Shown: positions 9,401 to 16,982 of the stretch, one piece after another
Layout: every line of letters starts with the position of its first letter
Numbering within the stretch: the first letter of the stretch is position 1
Virus record (IMG/VR): IMGVR_UViG_3300030330_003971
Location: 1 to 38,381 of that record
Strand: one strand, 5' to 3'
From: a virus
Taxonomy: Duplodnaviria > Caudoviricetes
Length of the DNA stretch: 38,381 nucleotides
Notes under the pieces: generated by a model
Told to the model about the DNA's origin: nothing
Database searches by the model: none
What the model saw: only the letters and a program-made list of their open reading frames with translations
Program-made: the position numbers and the translations under genes

Positions 9401-9639
9401 CAAAAACTATTTTATTAACTTTCGTATTAACTGGTGTGGTTGATTCAACAGATGATTATTTTGCCACTGTTGAGATTAACTTAAATCCTCCTGTCGAGCA
9501 GCCGTCCATGGCTGTTGTACCTATTTCAGCGTTTCCATGCGAGGTTCAAGAGGGCACAAAATTTTATATTTTGAAGTTGACAGAAAATGAAATTCCTGCT
9601 ATTATTTGTGGAGAACATAAACCTTATGATGGAGATTAA
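9397..9639 (+). CDS. Hypothetical protein
   Basis: ATGA overlap, GGAG SD; GVVD..ATVE..P..FPCEVQEG. Confidence 0.7.
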   Translation: MTKTILLTFVLTGVVDSTDDYFATVEINLNPPVEQPSMAVVPISAFPCEVQEGTKFYILKLTENEIPAIICGEHKPYDGD

Positions 9640-9643
9640 AAGA

Positions 9644-9889
9644 ATGATTTACACAGCGATTTATCAAAATACGCAAGGAAAACTTTCATATTGGACCTTG
9701 GCTGGCTCGGCCTCACGCCATTCTGCATGGTTAAAAGCTGCCCGCGCCGGCGGTGCGCAGGACAAATGCTTGATTGCTTTAGTGCCAGGTGTTCATCCTG
9801 TTTATTTTTATTCAGATTTTGTTGAGGATTTTTCTGAATACAGCGCGCCTGATGATATTAAAAATCACGATCTTTATGAAATAAAATAA
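9644..9889 (+). CDS. Hypothetical protein
   Basis: GGAG SD; stop abuts tRNA-Arg. Confidence 0.65.
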   Translation: MIYTAIYQNTQGKLSYWTLAGSASRHSAWLKAARAGGAQDKCLIALVPGVHPVYFYSDFVEDFSEYSAPDDIKNHDLYEIK

Positions 9890-9965
9890 GCATCTGTAAC
9901 TCAGCGGATAGAGTATCGGCCTTCTAAGCCGAGAGTCGTAGGTTCGAATCCTACCAGATGTGCCA
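9890..9965 (+). tRNA. tRNA-Arg(UCU)
   Basis: GCATCTG/CAGATGT stem, TCGGC-CTTCTAA-GCCGA, GTTCGAA, CCA. Confidence 0.95.
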
Positions 9966-10037
9966 TACAGGAGACAGCTTACCCGAACATAAACCAGAGT
10001 CAATCGATCGGACGTTCACAAAATAACCCCAGCACAC

Positions 10038-10113
10038 GCGCCTATAGCTCAGGGGTTAGAGCGTTGTTCTTATAAAGCAAATGTCGCGGGTTCAAATCCC
10101 GCTAGGCGCACCA
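10038..10113 (+). tRNA. tRNA-Ile(UAU)
   Basis: GCGCCTA/TAGGCGC stem, TTGTT-CTTATAA-AGCAA, GTTCAAA, CCA. Confidence 0.9.
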
Positions 10114-10141
10114 TTTAACCACCCACACAGGAGCCAAATAT

Positions 10142-10348
10142 ATGGGATACCACGATCGCGATACCTTTGAAAGAAGGTGGAGCATGAAGTCAGAAAAACA
10201 AGAAAAAAGCGAGAACCCGCGCATGCAAATAATCTCGCCCCAAAAAAAGTTACACGATATTCAACAGATTATCAACAGCCTACCTAACAAACAAATGACA
10301 ATGTATGAATTGCAAGAAGCTATCCAAAGGATTTTAGACGGTGAGTAA
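10142..10348 (+). CDS. Hypothetical protein
   Basis: AGGAG SD. Confidence 0.65.
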   Translation: MGYHDRDTFERRWSMKSEKQEKSENPRMQIISPQKKLHDIQQIINSLPNKQMTMYELQEAIQRILDGE

Positions 10349-10658
10349 ATTTAGTGCAATATTGAATAAACAGGTCGTTTGTGCCGATGGTTTCAAGATG
10401 AGCGTGCAAGCCCACGATGGAGCATATTGTTCGCCACGTATTGACAATGCAGAAAGTTATAATGAAGTTGAAGTTGGTTTCCCGTCATCGGTAGAACCAC
10501 TTTTGATGGATTGGTGCGAGGATAAGGAAGATCCAACAGGCACGGTTTATGGGTACGTCCCTGCGCAAGTGGTGGTAAATGTCATCGCAAAGCACGGCGG
10601 CATGGTGGAGGGAGAGGTTCCAGCGGGGATGCCGAGTTTGAGAGTATCAAGTCGATAG
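10341..10658 (+). CDS. Conserved phage hypothetical protein
   Basis: CADGFKMSVQA..YCSPR..EVEVGFPS..TVYGYVP..KHGG pattern. Confidence 0.75.
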   Translation: MSKFSAILNKQVVCADGFKMSVQAHDGAYCSPRIDNAESYNEVEVGFPSSVEPLLMDWCEDKEDPTGTVYGYVPAQVVVNVIAKHGGMVEGEVPAGMPSLRVSSR

Positions 10659-10699
10659 CCCGATCCGCGATTTTTTCCTTCGCCCAAAATTTTCCTTTC

Positions 10700-10754
10700 T
10701 TGACAACCACATGACAAATACACACTTGACACGACGAGCACACTAAGGTATATT
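10700..10754 (+). promoter_or_regulatory. Early promoter module 3
   Basis: TTGACA 10700, ATGACA 10711, TTGACA 10726, 17 bp, TATATT 10749. Confidence 0.85.
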
Positions 10755-10760
10755 ATATAT

Positions 10761-11033
10761 ATGAAAATGACGATTGTAATAGATTCTGATGACATAAATG
10801 GTATTGAGGACGCTTATCGAATGGTAGGTATCATGTATACAAAATATGTCGGAACACGTGGATATGATAAGCGCTCATTCGGTAAGATTGAGTTTATCAA
10901 AATGCTGCGTAAGTTTGGAAATGAAGCACTATTAAGTTACAAGTCTGATGAAGATTTTGAACTTGAAAAGATTTCATCACTACGATTCACAAAAACATAT
11001 GCCGACAAGGTATGGAGAGACAAAAATGACTGA
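10761..11033 (+). CDS. Hypothetical protein (probably leaderless)
   Basis: ATG 7 nt after the -10 box, no SD. Confidence 0.7.
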   Translation: MKMTIVIDSDDINGIEDAYRMVGIMYTKYVGTRGYDKRSFGKIEFIKMLRKFGNEALLSYKSDEDFELEKISSLRFTKTYADKVWRDKND

Positions 11034-11334
11034 TAATGTTTTAACTACTGATAACTTAAATGTTGTGCGCGCGTGGGCAAACGGAAAAAATGCGCGTAAT
11101 CATAGAGAAACATTAACTACACGCAATGGCGAGTTGTTTTCATACGGCCTAAAGATTGGTGTACGCACACATTCTGGTATTTGCATTGTTGCAGACCATA
11201 CAGCGCCTTCAGGCTCTTATCATTCTGTCACAACTTCAAGTCATGTTAACCTTGCAAAAAGATTTGCAGATGAAATATTCCACCCGAAGGTTTCTGCATG
11301 TTCTCCACTATTTAAGGATGAGGTTCCATTTTAA
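11026..11334 (+). CDS. Hypothetical protein
   Basis: GGAG SD; LFSYG..YHSVTTSSHV. Confidence 0.7.
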   Translation: MTDNVLTTDNLNVVRAWANGKNARNHRETLTTRNGELFSYGLKIGVRTHSGICIVADHTAPSGSYHSVTTSSHVNLAKRFADEIFHPKVSACSPLFKDEVPF

Positions 11335-11663
11335 TGTCTGATGAGAATGACAATGTTGTTGATCTAAAGGCTTTTCGCGAGCAAAAACTTCGCGAAGAAG
11401 CTGAGAAAGAACGTCTTGAAAAAGAGCAACAAGATTATGATGACATTGAGCAAATGCGGATTGTGTTGGTCAAAATCATGGAAGCATTTGGCAAACCTGA
11501 GCAAACTGGTTCCCTTTTTTATGTTCCAATGACAGATGACGACTATTTTAATCATTACAAGTTTGATTCTGGCCATGATGATGATGGTGACTGGTATAGT
11601 TCATGGGAAGCTGAAGGTTTTGATGAGGACGATTATTTATATGGGCCAGAAGAAGATGAGTAA
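11334..11663 (+). CDS. Acidic hypothetical protein
   Basis: TAATG coupling; NVVDLKAFREQK N-terminus, D/E-rich tail. Confidence 0.75.
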   Translation: MSDENDNVVDLKAFREQKLREEAEKERLEKEQQDYDDIEQMRIVLVKIMEAFGKPEQTGSLFYVPMTDDDYFNHYKFDSGHDDDGDWYSSWEAEGFDEDDYLYGPEEDE

Positions 11664-11886
11664 AGTTTTCAAAGCTGGTGATTTTATTCGTGTCAATGAA
11701 ATGACCCACGAAGATTCGATCCCATCATCCAGATTGGGCCATATTCTCGAAGAATACAAAACTATTGTTCATTATACAGACAAGAAGCCACAGAACACAG
11801 GCATATGGAAAGTGTTCATGACCAATGGTCGTATTTTGCGTATTCATGAAATGTTTTTGGAGCATGTTGAAACAAATGAAAGTTAA
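11656..11886 (+). CDS. KOW/SH3-like small protein
   Basis: FKAGDFIRV..LGHIL..WKV..FLEHV. Confidence 0.7.
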   Translation: MSKVFKAGDFIRVNEMTHEDSIPSSRLGHILEEYKTIVHYTDKKPQNTGIWKVFMTNGRILRIHEMFLEHVETNES

Positions 11887-12046
11887 TGATATTGTAACTA
11901 AAGATCAAGTTATGAAAGTTAAAAATCCTACTGGCGTAATCGAGAAGATTACAAGCGACTATGTTGTCATTAAATGGGATGATATTCCCGGCCATTGGCA
12001 TTACACAAAAGAACAAGCTAAAACCATTGAGGTCATAAATGGATAA
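11876..12046 (+). CDS. KOW/SH3-like small protein
   Basis: MKVNDIV..TGVIE..VIKW..IEVING. Confidence 0.7.
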   Translation: MKVNDIVTKDQVMKVKNPTGVIEKITSDYVVIKWDDIPGHWHYTKEQAKTIEVING

Positions 12047-12218
12047 TGTAGAAGCTATTGATATTGCAGAAGGTTACCGCGATGCAAAAGATGAGGCAGA
12101 GTATATTGCTGCTTGGCAACAGCTTATTGATACTGGTTTAGCATGGAATCTTCAAGGTTGGTTTGGCCGCACTGCTAAGTATATGATTGAGCAAGGTTTC
12201 TGTCGTGAAAGTCGGTGA
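12039..12218 (+). CDS. Small hypothetical protein (59 aa, not in the ORF track)
   Basis: GAGG SD; AWQQLIDTGLAWNLQGWFGRTA. Confidence 0.7.
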   Translation: MDNVEAIDIAEGYRDAKDEAEYIAAWQQLIDTGLAWNLQGWFGRTAKYMIEQGFCRESR

Positions 12219-12396
12219 TTTGGTTGCATGGGAGCACGTGCCGCATGAGTTTGCCGAAATACAAACTGATTTTGGTATTATTATCAGCATGTCAAAAACA
12301 GGTCACAAAACAAAATCGGCACAAGTTAGATTTATGAACGGTGATATACACTGGTATGATACACAAAGGTTGGTACTAGTAAATGAAAGTCGGTGA
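12205..12396 (+). CDS. KOW/SH3-like small protein
   Basis: GTG-KVGDLVAW..GIII..LVNESR. Confidence 0.75.
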   Translation: MKVGDLVAWEHVPHEFAEIQTDFGIIISMSKTGHKTKSAQVRFMNGDIHWYDTQRLVLVNESR

Positions 12397-12586
12397 CTTG
12401 GTAAAAAATATTCCCGAACCTGAGCATGGTTTGGGTATTGTCTTGGAAACAGATGTTGAAACATGGGGTTTTCGTGGGGAGCCCATGGGCGTTCGTGTTG
12501 CATGGCCGCGACCCACATATATTTCTGACAAAGGTGGCTCAATTATGTATGCAGATGAAGTGGCGGTGATCAGTGAGAGTGGGTGA
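12383..12586 (+). CDS. KOW/SH3-like small protein
   Basis: MKVGDLV..GLGIVL..VRVAW..VISESG. Confidence 0.8.
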   Translation: MKVGDLVKNIPEPEHGLGIVLETDVETWGFRGEPMGVRVAWPRPTYISDKGGSIMYADEVAVISESG

Positions 12587-12794
12587 TCTGATTGCTTTCA
12601 AACCGAAATCTTTTGGGGATGATGATTGGTCAAACCCGTCTATTGTTTTGAGTGGGTTTGTTAACGATGATCGTGATTTCGGTGGTCATCGTGACATGAT
12701 ATGGATCGTTTGGTGTGATGGTGGTGAATACATGGTCAACGAAAGAAACGACGATATTATGTACTTGACATCTTCTTCACATTTAAAAGGTTGA
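12573..12794 (+). CDS. KOW/SH3-like small protein
   Basis: MRVGDLI..IVL..WIVW. Confidence 0.75.
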   Translation: MRVGDLIAFKPKSFGDDDWSNPSIVLSGFVNDDRDFGGHRDMIWIVWCDGGEYMVNERNDDIMYLTSSSHLKG

Positions 12795-12819
12795 CTGATG
12801 GTAAAAACTGCGATATATT
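12765..12819 (+). promoter_or_regulatory. Early promoter module 4
   Basis: TTGACA 12765, TTCACA 12776, TTGACT 12791, 17 bp, TATATT 12814. Confidence 0.85.
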
Positions 12820-12839
12820 ATCTATATAAGGAGAACAAA

Positions 12840-12941
12840 ATGTCAATCAAAACTGTCCGTAACCTCGCAATCGCCGCTGATGCTATCTGTTGGGGGGCGC
12901 TGGTTTTCTTTTCTGTTCATTTCTTTACTTGCGGAGTTTAA
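12840..12941 (+). CDS. Small hydrophobic peptide (33 aa)
   Basis: AAGGAG SD directly after the promoter; MSIKTVRNLAIAADAICWGALVFFSVHFFTCGV. Confidence 0.65.
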   Translation: MSIKTVRNLAIAADAICWGALVFFSVHFFTCGV

Positions 12942-12943
12942 TA

Positions 12944-13015
12944 ATGGGTGAGTTTGTAATGATGATCGCTCTCGGTTTTCTTATCGGAATGGTTGTAACA
13001 ATGGGGTGTATGTGA
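12944..13015 (+). CDS. Small hydrophobic peptide (23 aa)
   Basis: GGAG SD; MGEFVMMIALGFLIGMVVTMGCM. Confidence 0.5.
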   Translation: MGEFVMMIALGFLIGMVVTMGCM

Positions 13016-13326
13016 ATCCTATTAAAGTTTCTATGCCACCAGCACTTTTTACAAATGCTGATGGTATTCGCTATGCTATCGCTGGATCTGCTTGGGTTGA
13101 AGTCCCAACAGGTACAACTTTTGATGACCTACCCAAATATATGACCTACAAGCCGCGTGAAATCAAACCTGCGGCTGGAGAAAAAGTGTGGCATGTTGAG
13201 GGTAGTAAAGGAAATATGTATACAATCAAGCTGTCTGGTGGAGCATACTCTTGTTCCTGTCCTGGGTTTGGTTTTAGGCGCAAGTGTCGCCACATTACGG
13301 AGATTAAAGATGAAAAACAAAAATAG
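13006..13326 (+). CDS. SWIM zinc-finger protein
   Basis: VEGSKGNMY..YSCSCPGFGFRRKCRHI (CxC-xn-CxH). Confidence 0.8.
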   Translation: MYVNPIKVSMPPALFTNADGIRYAIAGSAWVEVPTGTTFDDLPKYMTYKPREIKPAAGEKVWHVEGSKGNMYTIKLSGGAYSCSCPGFGFRRKCRHITEIKDEKQK

Positions 13327-13435
13327 TTTTAAGGATGATATTGAGAGAGCAGAAAGAAACATTCTTATTTTTAGCTGGGTCGGTATCATCGCGTCTATTG
13401 GTGTGATAGTTAGCGGTATATGGTGCGTGCTATGA
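13310..13435 (+). CDS. Small membrane peptide
   Basis: GGAG SD; C-terminal TM ILIFSWVGIIASIGVIVSGIW. Confidence 0.55.
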   Translation: MKNKNSFKDDIERAERNILIFSWVGIIASIGVIVSGIWCVL

Positions 13436-13638
13436 GAGTTAACGACTTAGTATTATGGAATGGCCACCCTGTTCTTATCACAGAACTTTATGAAAGTAAA
13501 ATGTGGCGCACCAGCACGCAAGGCAGGGCGGTCAGCTTCAAAGATATTGATCCTGAGCCATTTGCCCGTATATTTTTCAAGGGCACGCTGCGCGGTGTAC
13601 CACTGATTGACTTGAAGCCGATTGATGAAACACGGTGA
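13432..13638 (+). CDS. KOW/SH3-like small protein
   Basis: MRVNDLV..LKPIDETR. Confidence 0.7.
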   Translation: MRVNDLVLWNGHPVLITELYESKMWRTSTQGRAVSFKDIDPEPFARIFFKGTLRGVPLIDLKPIDETR

Positions 13639-13828
13639 TCTTGTCCGTGCCTTTTATCGCGATGGCGGGTTTGGAAGCGTTAAGTGGGACGGCCCATTTC
13701 ACGGTTTTATTTGCATGACACCTGACGATAATGAAAATGGTGTATGGCAAATGTGGTGCATTGAGCGCAACGCTTATCATATCATAAGACCTTGGCACGA
13801 TAAAATAGAAGTTGTCAGCGAGGCTTGA
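13625..13828 (+). CDS. KOW/SH3-like small protein
   Basis: MKHGDLV..GFI..WQMW..IEVVSEA. Confidence 0.75.
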   Translation: MKHGDLVRAFYRDGGFGSVKWDGPFHGFICMTPDDNENGVWQMWCIERNAYHIIRPWHDKIEVVSEA

Positions 13829-13879
13829 CATTTCCTTGACAAACAAACCATTGACGGCACAACTCGATTATGCTATATT
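13825..13879 (+). promoter_or_regulatory. Early promoter module 5
   Basis: TTGACA 13825/13836, TTGACG 13851, 17 bp, TGC-TATATT 13874. Confidence 0.9.
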
Positions 13880-13901
13880 ATATAAGTAATCAGGGAGAGA
13901 T

Positions 13902-14099
13902 ATGCAAGTCGGTGATTTAGTAATGTATAGATATGACAGGGTTAAGCATATTGTTGTGGGTTCACCTGTGGGCATAGTCACGCACATCGATCCAGAAGAA
14001 ATCGGAGATCAAGAGGAAGTGTTGGTGTTATGGAACGATGATCAGGGGGTCATGAATCACTCAATAAAATATCTTGAGGTCATCAATGCAAGTCGGTGA
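13902..14099 (+). CDS. KOW/SH3-like small protein
   Basis: MQVGDLV..VGIV..VLVLW..YLEVINASR. Confidence 0.8.
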   Translation: MQVGDLVMYRYDRVKHIVVGSPVGIVTHIDPEEIGDQEEVLVLWNDDQGVMNHSIKYLEVINASR

Positions 14100-14250
14100 C
14101 TTAGTTAAATGTCTGACGGGAAGCTGTGGCACGGCCATCATTGTCGAGTTCCACAAAACATCTGGATTGTATTGGATCATGATGACCCACAACGGTCGCA
14201 TGCGTGCCTTTCAACCGCAATACTTGGAGTTGATCAGTGCAGGTAGGTGA
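14086..14250 (+). CDS. KOW/SH3-like small protein (54 aa, not in the ORF track)
   Basis: MQVGDLVKC..AIIV..YLELISAGR. Confidence 0.75.
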   Translation: MQVGDLVKCLTGSCGTAIIVEFHKTSGLYWIMMTHNGRMRAFQPQYLELISAGR

Positions 14251-14416
14251 TTTGGTAATAATGCCTGGGTCGATTGATCCAATCACGGGTATTGTTTTGA
14301 GAGTAAAATCAGACGGTTATCAACATCGTCTTAATCGTGTTGAAGTATATTGGATTGAGGATGGCGAAGCATCATGGGAACCTGTCAAGTGGTTAGAAGT
14401 TATTAGTTCTTCTTGA
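14237..14416 (+). CDS. KOW/SH3-like small protein (59 aa, not in the ORF track)
   Basis: GTG-QVGDLVI..GIVL..VEVYW..WLEVISSS. Confidence 0.75.
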   Translation: MQVGDLVIMPGSIDPITGIVLRVKSDGYQHRLNRVEVYWIEDGEASWEPVKWLEVISSS

Positions 14417-14467
14417 CATTTCCTTGACATTTGAAGTGTTGACTTTCATGCTCTCAGGTGTTATATT
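14413..14467 (+). promoter_or_regulatory. Early promoter module 6
   Basis: TTGACA 14413/14424, TTGACT 14439, 17 bp, TATATT 14462. Confidence 0.9.
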
Positions 14468-14488
14468 ATATACATGAAAGGGAGAGAT

Positions 14489-14665
14489 ATGCAAGTGCTT
14501 AAAGCTGGAACATTAGTAGGTTGGAGAGGTTCAGTCGGAATCATCCTTGGCAAAGTCGAGAAACGCGGCGCATGTCCAACGGACGTGTGGGTCAAATGGA
14601 CAGACGAAACAGAACTTAAATGGGAAAACTCGATGTTATTGGAGGTGCTTAGTGAAAGTCGGTGA
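14489..14665 (+). CDS. KOW/SH3-like small protein
   Basis: LKAGTLV..GIIL..VWVKW..LLEVLSESR. Confidence 0.75.
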   Translation: MQVLKAGTLVGWRGSVGIILGKVEKRGACPTDVWVKWTDETELKWENSMLLEVLSESR

Positions 14666-14828
14666 CATTGTAAAGCATAAATATGGAACGCTGATGGGCC
14701 ACGGCATTGTTCTTGTTGCTCGTCCAAACATCGGCGGTGTCCGTGCGCTGTGGACCGCGCATGGTCAATCAAAAGTACACGAACTATCGAGTAAGTATTT
14801 GGAGGTGGTGCATGCCGCAAGTAGGTGA
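14652..14828 (+). CDS. KOW/SH3-like small protein
   Basis: GTG-KVGDIV..GIVL..ALW..YLEVV. Confidence 0.75.
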   Translation: MKVGDIVKHKYGTLMGHGIVLVARPNIGGVRALWTAHGQSKVHELSSKYLEVVHAASR

Positions 14829-15024
14829 TATTGTTAAAGTTTTAGGGACTAACGAGAAGAAGATTATTGTTGGTTCTCGCACGGAGATTGTGCCGTTTAC
14901 TGGCGACTGGTCGAACACCGATGAGTTGCGAGCGCGGGTAACATACGAACTCGCAGGCAAACCTGATCGATGGTTTACAATCGGTGACATTGAGATTTTG
15001 TCAGCACGGAGGACGGTAAAGTGA
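14812..15024 (+). CDS. KOW/SH3-like small protein
   Basis: MPQVGDIVKV..IEILS. Confidence 0.7.
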   Translation: MPQVGDIVKVLGTNEKKIIVGSRTEIVPFTGDWSNTDELRARVTYELAGKPDRWFTIGDIEILSARRTVK

Positions 15025-15197
15025 AAGTTGGTGATGTTGTTAAGCATTTTCTTACTGAGCAGATCGGTGTTATACTTGAGGTGCGCGGTGATATTGGTGT
15101 CCATGTTCTGTGGACCACACAGGGTCTATCGCTTTTCGGGGCCGGTCACAAGGAATGGTGTTTCGAGAAAAATGTGGATCTCTTGACAACTGCTTGA
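15021..15197 (+). CDS. KOW/SH3-like small protein (58 aa, not in the ORF track)
   Basis: GGAGG SD; GTG-KVGDVVKH..GVIL..VHVLW. Confidence 0.75.
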   Translation: MKVGDVVKHFLTEQIGVILEVRGDIGVHVLWTTQGLSLFGAGHKEWCFEKNVDLLTTA

Positions 15198-15237
15198 CAA
15201 CTTTACTATTGATCATTACATCTAACCATGCTATATT
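15183..15237 (+). promoter_or_regulatory. Early promoter module 7
   Basis: TTGACA 15183/15194, TTGATC 15209, 17 bp, TATATT 15232. Confidence 0.9.
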
Positions 15238-15262
15238 ATATAGGTAATCAAGGAGGACCACA

Positions 15263-15613
15263 ATGGCCTATCTCAAGAAAGACGACTTAGTAATCATCCC
15301 AGCCGCATCGGGGGCCAACATTCAAGCCCGTGTTGTTGACATGCAGTTTCGGCGCTTCCGTCGCACATGGAAAGATAAGGCGACTGGCGAGAACAAAAGC
15401 CGCTGGAAGTCTGTACCATACGCTGTGTGTGAGTGCTTCCTGGGTGCCCCTATCGGCACGGAGTTTGTTATCCCTGGGTACAAGCTGAAGAACGAAACCA
15501 AGGACGGTGAGAAGCTGTTGGTGCTCCGCGATCAGTATGCTGCTGAGTTTGGTGGGCACTGGATTGAGAAGATGATTGAAGATTCACGCGCAAAGCGGGA
15601 GGCAGCACAATGA
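15263..15613 (+). CDS. Hypothetical protein, SH3-like N-terminus
   Basis: AGGAGG SD; LKKDDLVII. Confidence 0.75.
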   Translation: MAYLKKDDLVIIPAASGANIQARVVDMQFRRFRRTWKDKATGENKSRWKSVPYAVCECFLGAPIGTEFVIPGYKLKNETKDGEKLLVLRDQYAAEFGGHWIEKMIEDSRAKREAAQ

Positions 15614-15948
15614 AAGTTTGGGTGATGCAAGGTATTCACGAAGGCGATTTGTTTTCATCGGTTCACCTGACCGAAAAGGGTGCAGCACTGGCGGCTATTA
15701 CTGACGTGCTGGATTTTCTTGGTGTTGATGATGAGGAAACAGCGTTGAATGTTGTGGGCAACTTGTCAAACTATGGTCTTACAGAGAAAGATGTTGAACA
15801 AACAGGAGCATTTGAGTGGAACCACGACAAGCTGAAAGAAATGACCCGAAGTGAGTTGTGGAGCGTTTTTAGTGCATGGGCTGAACTCACATGGAGCAAC
15901 GACTATGGCTATCAGGTTGATGTAATGGTCAGGGAGATCGCAGCATAA
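15610..15948 (+). CDS. Hypothetical protein
   Basis: ATGA overlap, GGAGG SD. Confidence 0.75.
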   Translation: MKVWVMQGIHEGDLFSSVHLTEKGAALAAITDVLDFLGVDDEETALNVVGNLSNYGLTEKDVEQTGAFEWNHDKLKEMTRSELWSVFSAWAELTWSNDYGYQVDVMVREIAA

Positions 15949-16124
15949 TGCAACTTAAACCTGGACTATTGGTAGAAAGAACTTACGGCGAAGGGCGTCG
16001 GCCTGTCGGCATTATTATCGCGAGAGGTGGTAACGCTCGACTTGGCGAATGGTGGATCGTCGAGTGGGCTGGTAGCAGCAAGCGCGAGATCATGAGTTAT
16101 AGATACCTCAAACCAGTCACTTGA
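15948..16124 (+). CDS. KOW/SH3-like small protein (58 aa, not in the ORF track)
   Basis: MQLKPGLLV..VGIII..WIVEW..YLKPVT. Confidence 0.7.
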   Translation: MQLKPGLLVERTYGEGRRPVGIIIARGGNARLGEWWIVEWAGSSKREIMSYRYLKPVT

Positions 16125-16175
16125 CATTTCCTTGACAAACTATCCCTTGACTAACCCCTCCCACGATGCTATATT
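16121..16175 (+). promoter_or_regulatory. Early promoter module 8
   Basis: TTGACA 16121/16132, TTGACT 16147, 17 bp, TATATT 16170. Confidence 0.9.
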
Positions 16176-16197
16176 ATATACATAAGGAGAAAGAACC

Positions 16198-16383
16198 ATG
16201 CACACACTTCAGCTTATCAACAACTTTCCAACGCTTACACCGATGGAAGAAAACCAAACAAACCTTGAGACTACGATCACAATGATGATGATTATTGGTC
16301 AACTTTCTCAAGAGCCAGTCGATCAGGTTCGCGATACTCTCATCATCGCGGCTGCGGCCATGCACAACCCTGCGGAGGCATAA
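16198..16383 (+). CDS. Hypothetical small protein
   Basis: AAGGAG SD. Confidence 0.7.
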   Translation: MHTLQLINNFPTLTPMEENQTNLETTITMMMIIGQLSQEPVDQVRDTLIIAAAAMHNPAEA

Positions 16384-16385
16384 TC

Positions 16386-16760
16386 ATGGGTTATCGTTCT
16401 GAAGTTATTTTAGCTATTGGCCCTGAAGTCATGCCACAGTTTATGGTCACGATGGCGAAGTGTCCCGAGGCTCGTAAGATGTGCTGGTCTGATCATACCG
16501 AAATGATCAAAGACTATGATGGCATCAAAGGCGCGTTCTTGTTTCGATGGGATCATATCAAGTGGTATGATAGCTATGAGGAAATCCAAGCTATCGCTGA
16601 GTTTTTAGACTGGTGCGAGAGCGAAAGGTTTGAGCATGAAGGCAAAGAAGTTGATGCATGTGACTTTTATCGGTTCGTTCGCATCGGTGAAGAAACCGAT
16701 GACAACGAGGTTCAAGGGTGGGGTTTTGATATTCATATTGAGAGGACCGCAACCTATTGA
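16386..16760 (+). CDS. Conserved phage hypothetical protein
   Basis: MGYRSEV..IKWY..YRFVRIGEETDD pattern. Confidence 0.8.
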   Translation: MGYRSEVILAIGPEVMPQFMVTMAKCPEARKMCWSDHTEMIKDYDGIKGAFLFRWDHIKWYDSYEEIQAIAEFLDWCESERFEHEGKEVDACDFYRFVRIGEETDDNEVQGWGFDIHIERTATY

Positions 16761-16767
16761 TTTTACT

Positions 16768-16916
16768 AGAGAATGTCAAGTCGGCTATCTAACTATACAG
16801 GATAACGGGTTCAATGTCACCAATGAACCCATACCCTTCGGGGAGTTGAAAGGTGGCTGGCGAGTGAAAGACGCGGTGAGAACAGCGTTTCAAGTATAGC
16901 GGGCTTGACATTCTCT
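16768..16916 (+). ncRNA. Candidate structured RNA enclosed by inverted repeats
   Basis: 13-bp perfect IR (16768-80 / 16904-16), extendable to 21 bp; internal hairpins, one with a UUCG loop. Confidence 0.5.
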
Positions 16917-16959
16917 TTACATTTTAACCATTGACAACGGCTTAGTTATGGGCTATATT
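16905..16959 (+). promoter_or_regulatory. Early promoter module 9
   Basis: TTGACA 16905, TTTACA 16916, TTGACA 16931, 17 bp, TATATT 16954. Confidence 0.9.
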
Positions 16960-16982
16960 ATATACATAACACGGAGAGTTAT

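Noticed and set aside
16630-16899. ORF covering the structured intergenic element
   Set aside because: Half overlaps a well-supported gene out of frame, has no SD and no protein-like motif
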